Shown: in pieces, positions 12,901 through 24,570 of the stretch
Layout of the letters: each line of letters opens with the position of its first letter
Position numbering within the stretch: position 1 is the stretch's first letter
From: Rhina ancylostomus
Lineage: Eukaryota
Reading direction: 5' to 3'
DNA: 60,711 bases
Assembly (NCBI GenBank): GCA_030265395.1
Contig: JARFYF010000104.1
Span: 95,217,699 to 95,278,409, forward strand
Notes under the pieces: model-generated
What the model saw: the letters and a program-made list of their open reading frames with translations, nothing else
Database searches by the model: none
Told to the model about the DNA's origin: nothing
Made by a program: the position numbers and the translations under genes

Positions 12901-13284
12901 CTGATAATTTAAATTACCTGGAAAGATAAACAATAAACCTGATAACGTCAAAACCATGGAGTTAACCTGGGATAGCAGACAAGAGTGTGTGAGAAGGAAT
13001 AACTTGTGGATGTTTAGCAATGTCCTGCTACACCCCATCCACAGCGGTTTTCCCATTGATTTGAATAGCTGACAGCAAGGAGAATTGGAAAGAAGTATGC
13101 TGTGTCTAATGCTGTTCTAAGCTCTAAAACAATTAGGGCATCTCTTGTCATCGCTTAATGTGTAGCTTTTATTCTCTCCCTGTGAAATGGAACATGTTTT
13201 CTGTTCAGTATTCACAAAGACATATCAAGTGACTATTTTGATAGTTCTCCAACTAACTGAGACATTGCACTATCAAAGAAAGAA

Positions 13285-13890
13285 TGACTTCCATTTATAA
13301 AGCATCTTTCACAACTTCAGGATTTCTCAAAGTGCTTTACAGCCAATGAGTTACCTTTGAAGTGTATTCACTATTGTATTAAAGGAAATGCAAGAGCCAA
13401 TTTGTGCACAGCAGATCCAGTAATCCAGAGCTCCACAAGCAAAATGCTGCAGAGCTGGGATATCTGAAACAAACAAACTAAAAAATTGCTAGAGAGACGT
13501 GGCAGTCGGGCAGTGCCTGTGGAGAAGGAACCAGTGTTAACATTTTCAGGTCCATTAACACTGTCTCTGTCACCAGAGATGCTGCTTGACTCACTGTGTA
13601 CTTTCACATTTTCTGTTTTTATATACAGTAAGTTTTAAAAATATTGGTTGAAGGATTAAATAATTGGCCAAGGCACCAGGAATAACTTTCCTGCTCTTCT
13701 TTGGAACATCATTTTGCATCTGAAGGTTTAATGTTTCATGTGAAGAATGGTACCTCCAATAATACAGCAGTCCCTCAACAGTGCAATAGAATATCATGCT
13801 AGGCTTTTGTGTTCATGTCTCTGGAATATGCATTGAAGCCACAACCTTAAAAGATCAGAACAAGAGTGTTACCCACTGAGTCACACCAGT
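13285..13890 (-). mobile_element. DeuSINE-like element interrupted by a palindromic repeat at 13437-13622
   Basis: ttggttgaaggattaaataattggccaaggcaccaggaataactttcctgctcttctt resembles the reverse Deu domain; a similar copy lies at ~28780-29130. Confidence 0.6.
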
Positions 13891-14439
13891 CATTGACTTT
13901 GAGGAATTTTCATACCACTTTTTCTGTCTGACCTCCTTACCTTTTGATTATGAAGAGCAACCTTACTCCTCATTTATTTGTGCCTCTAGTGAAAGTGAAT
14001 TGACTGAATTAGAATCCCTGCATCAAGAAACTGACTACTCCTCTTATGCCTTTGAATTATTATTATTACTTTATTCAACCTGTTGCTCTTCATTATGGGC
14101 TTTCTATGCTCAGGAGATGCCTCTCAGTTCACATGTGTGGTGTTATATTTCATAATGTCACACAATATTTTTGTTTCTCATCAAGTCAAGTTCAGTTTAA
14201 TGCTAAACCTGTATGACCTGCCATTTGAGATTAACTGTGACTTCTGCAAAAATGCATTTATTATTTCAACCCTAAATAAGATTATTAATAAAATTGGAGA
14301 TGCACATTTATAAATTTGTTCTCTGTTGCATAACTAGTTGTTATTCTTCGGTGATGTGGTATTAAAGGATCCTCATAACATTAAAGTTATGAAATCTTAT
14401 AATGTAGTCAATGGCCATTTCCAATAAGAGACAACCTAA

Positions 14440-15560
14440 CCTAGGATAGAGTGGCTTTAGTATCACCAAGTCCCGCACCTTCAATATCTGGGCAGTGCCA
14501 TCTTTGATCAGAAACTCAGCTGAACCAGCCACATAAATACTGTGGCTCTAAGAGTAGGGCAGAGGCTGGGTATCCTCTGGTGAAGACGAGTAACTCTCTT
14601 CCTGACACACCAAAGACAGAAGTCATGAGTATGATGGAATAGACACTACTTGCCTGGATGAGTGCAGTTCCACCTCACTAAGCAAACTCAACACCATCCA
14701 AGATGAGCAGCCCATATGAATGGCATTCGTCACCACCCTACATATTCTTTCCCTCCACCATTGACTGACACACTGTGGCTGTTGCAGTTTCTACTACAAA
14801 ATAGACACAGTTAGTAAGTGAGGCTATTCTGACAGCTCCTCCTAAATCCACAGGCTGTATCACCAAGAGACCTAAGGGAATCAGGCGCATGAGAGCCCCA
14901 TCACCTGCAGATTCTCCGCCATGTCACACAGCATTCTAACTTGAAAATACATCATTGATACCTCATAATCACAAGGTCTGAATCCTGGAATTCGTACTCA
15001 ATAGTGCTGTTCTGAGCAGTTCTTGGAAAGATATGTTTGCACTTGAAAGGATGCTGTCTGGTGTGGAACACTTCATTTGTGAGGAGAGACTGGATGTACT
15101 GGGTTGGTTTTCTTTGGAGTGAGGAAGGATATGATTTAGGTATACAAAATTATGATGAGAATAGATAGGTAGTTAGTAAAAAAAATTTCCACATAAACAT
15201 TTGTATATGAAATAAGTGGGCATAGCTTTAAGATCAAGGGCAGGAGGTTTAGAGGAGATCTGAGGAAGAATATTTTCACCCACTGGGTAGTTGGAATCTG
15301 GAACCTGCTGGGAGGGTGTTGGAGACAGACATTCTCAGGGCACATTTAAATGGTATCTGGATGAGCAATTGAATCAAATGCTGGCAAACGGGATTACTAT
15401 AGATGGGTATGGTGGATATGGTGGCCCGAGGACCTAGTTCTCTGCTGTATGACTGACTTTGTAATAGCATTGTGGGATAATCTTCGCCAGTTCAAGAAGG
15501 TGACTCGTCACCACCTTCAAGGGCAATCAGGCTTGGGCAATAAATGCTGGACAATGCCCA
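14440..15560 (+). mobile_element. Two nested CR1-like LINE 3' fragments
   Basis: 14440-15000 and 15470-15560 resemble 43180-43660 (cacttgcctggatgagtgcag). 15010-15460 is a second CR1 3' end (gaggagagactggat..aggtttagaggagatctgagg). Confidence 0.65.
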
Positions 15561-17877
15561 AATCATGGAAAACAACTAACTTAAAAACAAAATGCATTAT
15601 CCAGGAACTGGTGAAATAATTGTAGGAATAAAATAATGCAGTGGTGTTTCAAATCTTTCCACTATAAATCAGGCAAAAAAATACATGAAAGCAATTTAGA
15701 ATTATAATGCAATAAAAATTATAAGCACTTACCAGGGATTTTTAAATTTGTGCAAGAGTAGTGCTGTTAAGTTTGATGATTGCCTCTTGTTTTCAAATGC
15801 TCCACTTTTTGGAAAAAGAATTTTAGACTTATTAGGAATCACTGTATGCTAATTATTTAAGTGCTGAAGAAGTGAGGCCCATTACCGTGCTCCATTATTG
15901 TCTGTACACACAAATAAAGGTAGTGCTATTATCCTGTTTCAAGTTATTTTAAGATTTTTTTAGATAACTAATTTGTATATTACAGACATCTATCAGAATT
16001 GTTTCTACTTGTCAATGGTAATGAAAAATACGTCATCTATGCTTTGGAGTGGATTCAATAACACCAATATTAACAAAAATGAACTAGAATTGTCGTGCAT
16101 AGCTTGAAGCCAAAAATCCCACATAGGGCAGCAATCTGAAAGCTGCTTAGCTTGCCCATAGTAGGGAAAAGTGTGTGTGGGCATCAAACTGACAGCAGTT
16201 ATTTAGTTTGCATTGATAGCTACAATGCCTCTGTGGACCTGTGGACAACCATGTTGTGGGAATTCTCTGCTCTTCCCGTGACCGTAANNNNNNNNNNNNN
16301 NNNNNNNNNNNNNNNNNNNGATGCCCTCAGTATAAGGGAGATGCCACCTGTAAATTAAAGAACAGGTCTTACTAACGTGAAAACTCCAAAGCTCCCACAC
16401 TGCAGTGCAGGGAAAGTAGCAAGGCCAGATGGACCTGCAGCTCAAATCTACAACATCACTAGCAACAATGACTTGCACTTGTATAGCACTTGTTAATTAT
16501 ATAGAACTTGAAGTTCCTGGCAGCTTGCTCTGACACTCAAGCATGTAGTAGACTGTGACATATGCTTTCAGGTTTGCCTTGTTGATCATATCCAGAATTC
16601 TATTTTGGGATGAGTTCATTTCCTAAAGGAGGTGCAACCTTGTGCTATTTTTATGCTTCCTGACCATCTGCCCTGCTGGTGGCAAGGAATATCAGAATGA
16701 TACCTTGGTGCTGCACTGGTTTTAGGGCTGTAGAGGGTAATCTGCGTGCTGTAATAGACAAAAGGATTCAAAGTTTTCAAGGTTTTCAATCGACTTTTAG
16801 GAAGCCAGTCTGTAGTCCCCACAATCATGGAGCCATACAGCAGGGGAATGGGTGCTTGCCATCAACCATCAAGCATCCCATTGCAGTAATTCCACTTTCT
16901 ATCATCCCACGTTCCCGTCAACTGTAAGGAAAGTGGGGAAAAAAAATTAACTCTGCTGAAAGCAGGTCAAGTGCACCGATTAGGTAATGTCATCCTGTAG
17001 TCCCATTTCCCCTCACGTTAGCTTACAAGGATGTCGAATGCAAGAGCCATCATCGATCAGTAGTTTGTAAATCCTAGAAAAAGGAGCAGATATCTAAAAA
17101 AAAATGAGGTTTAGTTTAAGGTCCCAGATTCCACTCCCCAACCATTGCATTTTTCTGAGGAATTCTCCTGGCCCCAGGTCTCACAGCAATGGCATGAATT
17201 CATCATCTTAGTACGAGTATTAAAGTAGTGCCTAAGACCACCTGATGCTGCCATCTAGATATGTTGCTACCAAACTTTATTATTATCTCCATGTTTCCTC
17301 TCCTCTATTGCACCCAGTAACAAGATTCCCCACCACCACCACAGCTTCCCACTTTCACTACCCCATTCAAATATATTGGACAATATCTTGGGTGAAAGAA
17401 AATTTCAGAGAAAACAAAATAGAAAAGAAATTGTATCAAACTCCAAAAGCAAACAGATAAGCTCCAAAAATTGCTGCATCTGATATCAATTGTATGTAAT
17501 ACTTATCTACCTTCATAAGTTACGTTAAGAATGTTTAATAATGTAGAATTTTCTTTGCGAAGTTCCTTCCAGTTGTCTAAATTGCTCTATTTAGTTTGGC
17601 TTGTTTAACATTTTGGAATAATTTTGAAAGCATCTTAGCATCAGTTTATGTAATATATTTTCATTCATTGTTACCTTTTATTGAGATAAGAGCAATATCC
17701 AAACAATTGAAGATTGTTAAAGTGAAACTGCAATGGGGGGGGGGGGAGAAAGGTAATTGATATTTTAAATGTAGAAACCATTACAAACTATGTTCTAAGT
17801 TCAGAACTAATTCAGGCTTATTTGTGACATTGATTATTCCTCCCCCCTATTTTTTCCTGTTCTTTTCTGTTGCATAG

Positions 17878-18064
17878 GCTGTTCCTCCACCTAACTTTGA
17901 GATGCCAGTTTCCATCCCAGTGTCTAACCAAAACAGCCTGGTTTACAGCAGCCCAGGCAGCTCACTGGGTAACCACAACCTAATGCCACTGGGTCATCCT
18001 TCTCTGCAGAGGAACAGCATGTCTCCTGGAGTGACACAACGGCCACCAAGCGCTGGAAACGCAG
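17878..18064 (+). CDS. MEF2C: MEF2C coding exon ([15 protein letters not shown]...RPPSAGNA)
   Basis: Long pyrimidine tract, gcatag|GCT ... GCAG|gtaaaa; 187 nt, phase 0-1; overlaps ORF 17902..18090. Confidence 0.96.
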
Positions 18065-19258
18065 GTAAAATTCACCAATTTTCATGCTAAGTAATTGCCC
18101 AGTTAAAACAAGGTCAGTATTGTCTTTATTACAAGCATCTGGTATATTGCTTGTATTTGGCACATTAAGGGTGCAGTTTACATTCCTTATTAAACACAGA
18201 AAAGAATTGTGTACGCTTGATTATAAAGAGAAGCAGAAACAATTTACTGAGACCAGAGTGTGCTATTGGCAAGTTTTGGAAGGTTTCGTTTGCTGAAAAA
18301 ACCCAGTGAAAGGCCAAGGCTCACAACTCAGAACACTGCCAAGGTTACAAAGAATGAAGAGGAGATAAATTATGAAACAAAAATAAGAAAGAATGCTGTT
18401 AAACACTCAGGAATAAGTGCATGTTACAGCTTGCACCTTTCATGAAAACTGAAAAATATTGCAAAAGACTTAAATTTCAAAGGGAACAGTACAAGAAAAA
18501 GGGGAGGATTTGGGGGGGGGGGCGGTAGAATCACCCATAAGAAACTGCTCCTTAAGATGCTTAAATGAAAAACAGATGATAACAAGCAATGATACAAGCA
18601 TAAGGCAGCTGAAGACAAAATGAGACAAATCAAAGAAACCAAAGAAATATGTAAAAGAACATGTATATAGCAAAAGAACCAAGCAAAAGAGAAGTCAAAA
18701 GATGGCTTAAAGCACTGACAAATGTTAGAGACTCTAGTGGTCCAGAAATCTTGTAGAAGAAGCAATGGTTCAGATCCACGCTGACAACAGTGTTCCATCA
18801 GAGGAAGTTTTCCTTGCAGAGTGATTCCTTCCTCATAGGAGCTAATTGCTGCTTCCCTCCAGGCCTGGGAAAGTAATATTCTGTTAATTTAACAGATGTG
18901 TTATGATTCACTCAGTTACATAACACAATACTACTCATTTTTGATGCAGAGGATGTGTTATTTATCAATGGAAAGTAGATTGAGAGGGATGCAAAATAGG
19001 CAGCAAAACTAATGATTGAGTTTTGACTCAGGTGGAATGCTTCATGTAGCCATCAGAGTTTGCTTTGTTTCATGAAATTATTGTACTTCAGCCTTAGAAG
19101 AAAATCAGTCTTTTTCTTGTCAGGAGAAACAGTGGCACTGAGTAAACTGTTAGTACTCAAAAACAGTTATTGGAAAACCTTATGCTGCTCAGAGAGGCAA
19201 GCCTTTGTTCAGTTCATCATCCTTCTCGTGCTTGTCATTGATCAGTGGGCACGGCCTT

Positions 19259-19277
19259 TGCTGCCCTCTAGTGGTCT
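19259..19277 (-). promoter_or_regulatory. Candidate CTCF site
   Basis: Minus strand reads CCACTAGAGGGCAG (19274-19261), a full match to the core CCASYAGRKGGCRS. Confidence 0.6.
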
Positions 19278-19855
19278 AATTGTTTTCAATAGGAATATTT
19301 ATTCTGCTCTTCAAAAATAAGTAGAAGAGATGCAAGGCATTAACGCCCCCCGAGGAATTAAAAATATTGTCATCTTTGACAGTGAAGAATAAAATTCTGG
19401 CCTTTGGTTTTGCTAAGACAGAAATTGTTAAATTTTTTGTGAAAATATACAAGACTTGTAAACTTTCAAATGAATGCTCATAGCTCTCCCAAAGGCTTTA
19501 GAAGAATGCCAGTTGTTGCAAATGACAAAAAGTCATGAGGTTAACAAACACATCTTACTGGCCATATATGTGGAAAAAGCGTGATACATATATTTGACAT
19601 GATTATTCATACCTTGCACATCAAAACATAACAAATTACCTCATATCAGACGAAGATTTCCTCAGTGTTTTGCAAAAGCATAAACCCCTTTTAATTGGAA
19701 CAGACTGTTGCTCACAATACACTAAGGAAATCTTCCCCATGTTGATTGTGGTTTTATATTATGTGTTTTTCTAATCATGAGTTTTAGCTTGGGTCTGCTG
19801 TAAAATATGTTTTCCTGTTATTGTTCGTAATCAGACCCTATGCTTTCAATTTTAG

Positions 19856-19906
19856 GTGGCCTCTTGGGTGGGGACCTCGCAACAACTGGTGCAGGCACCA
19901 GTGCAG
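19856..19906 (+). CDS. MEF2C: MEF2C short coding exon (GGLLGGDLATTGAGTSA)
   Basis: ttttag|GTGGC...GTGCAG|gtatgt; 51 nt, phase 1-1. Confidence 0.94.
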
Positions 19907-20529
19907 GTATGTCAGCCGTTAAATTATGTGATGTTAGAATCTTTGTCTTATTCAATCGTGGTATATGTCGTTTATTGCCCATCCCTTATTGTACTTGAAC
20001 AATGGAGGCAGTTAAAGATAAACTACGTCGATGCGTCTGGAGTCACATATGAGCACACTGGGGAGTGAGGACAGATTTCCTTCAGTTAATGAGAATTAGT
20101 CGACAGACAGATTCTTGTGTCATTCTGGTAGCTTCAAGATCACCATTACTGAGACTAGCCTTTTTTAAAAATGTATTTAAATTCCTCAGCTGTCATAGTA
20201 AGACGTGGTTGCTAATACAGTAACTTAAACAGCTCCCAAGCCCATGCTTCGGATTACTGATGTGTTTGCAACACAGTAGCATGTATCAGAATAGAAATGC
20301 ACAGCACCACAAAGTAGTAGTTTGGCTAAAACGCAACTCTGTTAAGTAACTGATCTCATTCCATGCTGATGGAAGCAATTGAATAATTTATTTTCCAGTG
20401 CTGTCAGTTGCCATTGATTTCTAATGAGACATGTTCTCTTTAACTAAAGAAAAAATGACTTTTGATGAAACACTCTGGAAAAGATCCCTACAGGAAAGGA
20501 AGGAAGCAGAATTCAGGACATTACAGTTT

Positions 20530-20741
20530 AGAATCAGAATCAGGTTTATTATCACTGACATATGTCATGAAATTTGTTGTTTTGTGGCAGCAGTACAGTG
20601 CAAGAGATAAAAATTACTAAAAGTTACAACAATAAATGAATAGTGCAAAAAAGAAATAATGAGGTAGTGTTCACAGGTTCATGGGACGTTCAGAAATCTG
20701 ATGACGGAGGGGAAGAGGCTGTTCCTAAAACACTGAGTGTG
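20530..20741 (-). mobile_element. 3' tail of Rex1/Babar-like LINE, family A
   Basis: agaatcagaatcaggtttattatcactgacatatgtcatgaaatttgttgttttgtggcagcagtacagtgcaag; nearly identical to 23140-23325 and 39746-39836. Confidence 0.75.
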
Positions 20742-22744
20742 TGGCTATTTTGGACAATTGCAGGCTATGATCAAAACTTTCCTTCCCAGCCTGCTCTTTG
20801 AGGTTTAAAATCAAACTGCTGAAGACAATGTCCAGAACCCCAGCTATGGACTGAAACCTTCCTGACTGACTGGGCTCTGCTGCCACATGATGCTATCTTG
20901 GCAAGGAAAATGGGTCACATGACTTCCATTTAGCAGGGACTTTGCAAAAGAGTGGAACTATCCTAGTTGGCTCGAATGAGTCTGATAACTCCTTGAATGG
21001 TGATTTTTGCAAGAAAAATGAAACTTACAGAAAGTCTGCCTGGTCTTCTCAGGTTTTATTTCATATTTTCACATTTCACAGGGGGAATGTGTAAACTCCA
21101 CACAGACAAACCCGAAGTCTGAATCAAACCCGGGTTGCCGAAGCTGTGAGACCCTGCAGTGCCAACTGTGTCATCTTGAAGCTATCTCTTTAATTCATGT
21201 CCTGATTGATCTCCTATCCACGCTGACAACACCTGCTGCTGCAGATGAAGTGGCAGCTTGGTTAGTTGCCAGTTAAAGAACAATGACCAGGTCAGAGCCA
21301 AACTGACTACTTGTTGCTGCCATGTGAGCTTGTGAGTGCTTGCTTGTGATCCTGTTATTTCTCCACATGAGCTAAGTGCAATTTTGTGGTGGTATAATAA
21401 ATAAGTGCATGTTAATCAGTCATCTGAGATTACTGAATGTAATGAGATTATTAGATACTTACTCTTACTGTAAAACAAAAGATATTTTATCTCTGAAGTC
21501 TTTGTGTTGAATTATCTGCTTCATGCATCTAAATCCTGAAACCTGTTAGACCGATGGTATTGAAATCCATACGAGTCACAGTACTTGCTGCACCTTTAAC
21601 ATGTTCACACACTGAGGAAGGTCTTCGACCTGATATGTTGGCCATAATCTTGGCACCTGGTGTTTGTCGGGTGGAATTGGTGGGAAGTGGGATTGGTGTT
21701 TCTGAAGTGCACTCTCCCTAAATTCTGGAGAGTTTTGATCCCTTTCCAAGTGTCTACTCATCCTGCCAGGATCCCCCCTCCACCAGTACCTCTGCCACCA
21801 AGACTGGCTGATTAATAAATCTGTCTGCTGCTGGGCAGGGCGTAGTCTGGAGCAGAATGCGGTGCAGATGGGGAGTTCACAAGTGTACAGCTACTTTTGA
21901 TCTTTAGTAGCATGGGGGATACCAAATCACAGAGGCTTGGAGCAAACATCTTTTTTCTTGACAACAGCGGATCTGTTGTATGGTGGTGGTGTAATCTTGA
22001 GGGTCCAAGGAGAGCACTCATTTCACACACCCACAACTAAAGTTGGAAAGCTTCTTACCTCCTCTGAAGCACTGTTACTTCTGTTTACCTGCTGGGTTTC
22101 CTAAGGCCTGAGAAACCTCAGTGGCTAAGGTGAAGCCTTCAAAATGTTTTAAATCTGATGCAATCAGCTTCATTATAAAATTTACATGAACAGTCTGCGT
22201 CTGAGTGATCTTTGGTTTCCCTCCTGTTTCATTTGAACATGGAAGTGGCCAGGTTGGAAGTGCATTGGGATTGGGTTTGGAATTTTTCAAAAAATATTTC
22301 CTCATCACTATTTTTGGCAGTTAACATTTTATCACCTCATTATCTGTGTTCCTTTTTCGTAACTGCTGCCTGAACAGTTGGGTATTTCCAGTATATTCTA
22401 TTTTAAATTTCCAGTGTCTGTATTGTTTTACTTTGGAATCTTGTAGGCTACTGGGCAAAACAAAATGAATGTAAAGGACAGGAAAGACGTTACTTTTACG
22501 AATAAACTGTATTAGTTTTACCCATTTGTCATATTTGTTGCAGTCGATAGGTGGGTCACTATGTTGCAGCGTGAGTGTGGAAAATGAAGATCCTCATGCA
22601 TGTGTCTGAATAATGGACATTTCTTATGTGCCTCACATTTACATTCCCAAACTGATCCTTGTCACCGGCTCCTCAGTACAAAAGCAGCTATTTGACCCAA
22701 TGTTCCTCTGTCAGTTCTCAGGTATGGCTATTCCGTTAGCCTTA

Positions 22745-23039
22745 CTCCTCCCCTCCTTCTGCAGTAGTTCTCCCTTTTCAAGAATGTATTCATTGCCCTT
22801 TTAAAACTTCTTATGGAATCCACTGCCAACACCCTTTCAGGCAATCAGAAGAATGCTGAGCAATAACAATAAGTTTCCCTGTTGCCTCCGGTTCTTTTGT
22901 TAATCATTTTAGAGCTGTGCTTTCTGGTCTCTGATGCTAATGGAAACAGTTTCTTCTATTCTCTGTCAAAATCCTTCAAAATTTTGAACACCACGATCTT
23001 ATCTCCTTGCAGCTTTCTCTGCTCTAATGAGAACAATAC
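22745..23039 (-). mobile_element. CR1 ORF2 C-terminal fragment
   Basis: Minus-strand peptide LFSLEQRKLQGDKIVVFKILKDFDR. Confidence 0.75.
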
Positions 23040-23139
23040 NNNNNNNNNNNNNNNNNNNNNNNNNNNNNNNNNNNNNNNNNNNNNNNNNNNNNNNNNNNNN
23101 NNNNNNNNNNNNNNNNNNNNNNNNNNNNNNNNNNNNNNN

Positions 23140-23325
23140 TCAGGTTTATTATCACTGACATATGTCATGAAATTTGTTGTTTTGTGGCAGCAGTACAGTG
23201 CAAGACATAAAAATTATTATGAATTACAAAATAAATAGTGCAAAAGAGGAATAATGAGGTAGTGTTTATGGACTGCTCAGAAATCTGATGGTGGAGGGGA
23301 AGAAGCTGTTCCTAAAGCGTTGAGT
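23140..23325 (-). mobile_element. 3' tail of Rex1/Babar-like LINE, family A
   Basis: Near-identical to 20540-20741. Confidence 0.75.
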
Positions 23326-23349
23326 TTAATATAACCAGAAGTTGATTAA

Positions 23350-24570
23350 ACATCTGTCATTGGGAATATGCTGGAATCCATTAATAGCAGCACATTTAGA
23401 AAAATCATAAGACAATAAAACAGTGTCAGTGTGGCTTTCTGAATTGAAAACAGTGTTTGATGATGTTCATTGAGGATATAATAAACAGGGTGGATGAAGG
23501 AAGACCAGCAGATGTTGTGTATTTCACTTTGCAGAAGCATTCAATAAGGTGTCATGTAAAGGATGACAGCACAAAATAAATGCATGGGGTTGGGGTTAGT
23601 ACATTGGCATGGAGAAAGAAATGGCTAACTAACAGAAAACAGAGTTGAGGCAAAGGGGACAACCAGTGACTATTGTAGTGCTGCAGGGATTAGCATTGGG
23701 ACCCAACTATTTGTAATCTATATTATTGACTTAGTTGAAAGGACCAGGAATATTGTCACTAGATTTGCTGATGGTACCAAGACGGGAGTTCACAAGTTGT
23801 GAGGAGGACGCAAAGAGCCTGGGCGAGAGACCGAGGTTAAGTGAGTAGGCAAGATGTTGGCAGCTGCAGTATAATATGAGAAAATGTGAGATTATCCACT
23901 TTGGAAGGAAGAATGAAAAAGCAAATTATTATTTAAATATAGCACAACATTTTCTAGTATAAAGAGATCCAGGGTTCCTAGTACACAAAACACAAAGGGT
24001 TAACATGCCTGCACAGCTTGTAAATAGAAATGCTGATGGAATATCGGCCTTCATTACAAAGTATATGAAGTACAAAAATGGTTAGGTTTTGATTCATTTT
24101 TACAGGAAGTTGGTGAGACAGTTCCCAGAGATGGAGCAGTTTTGGTCTCCATATTTGCGGAAGAATATACTTGCACTGGAGGCAGTGCAGGGAAGGTTCA
24201 CTAGGTTGCTTTGTGGAACAAAGGGTTAATGTATGAAGAGAGGTTGAATGAGGCATTGAAGAATGAAGAATGAGTGAGCATCTTATTGACATAAAAGGTT
24301 CTATGGAGGATTAACAAGGTAGATGTTAAGAAAATGTCTCCTGTAGTGGAGAAACTAGATCTAGGGAGCAGAGCATTGTTCAGAAGAGGGGTCCCCCATT
24401 TAAGACAGAAACAAGGAGGTTGTGATTCTCAATCCCAGAGAGTTTTTGGATCCATGGATATGAGGAAAGAGCCGGAAAGTGCTTTTAAAGCCAAGATTGA
24501 ATCAGGAATCATATTAACTGAATGGTAGAACCAGACTCTAGGAGCCAGTTGGTTTATTCTGTTTTTATAT
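23350..24570 (+). mobile_element. Decayed CR1-type LINE, RT region to 3' end
   Basis: Remnants of DF.KAF.KV, QGSVLGP.LF.IYI.DL and FADDTK (tttgctgatggtaccaag), with many frameshifts. Confidence 0.75.
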
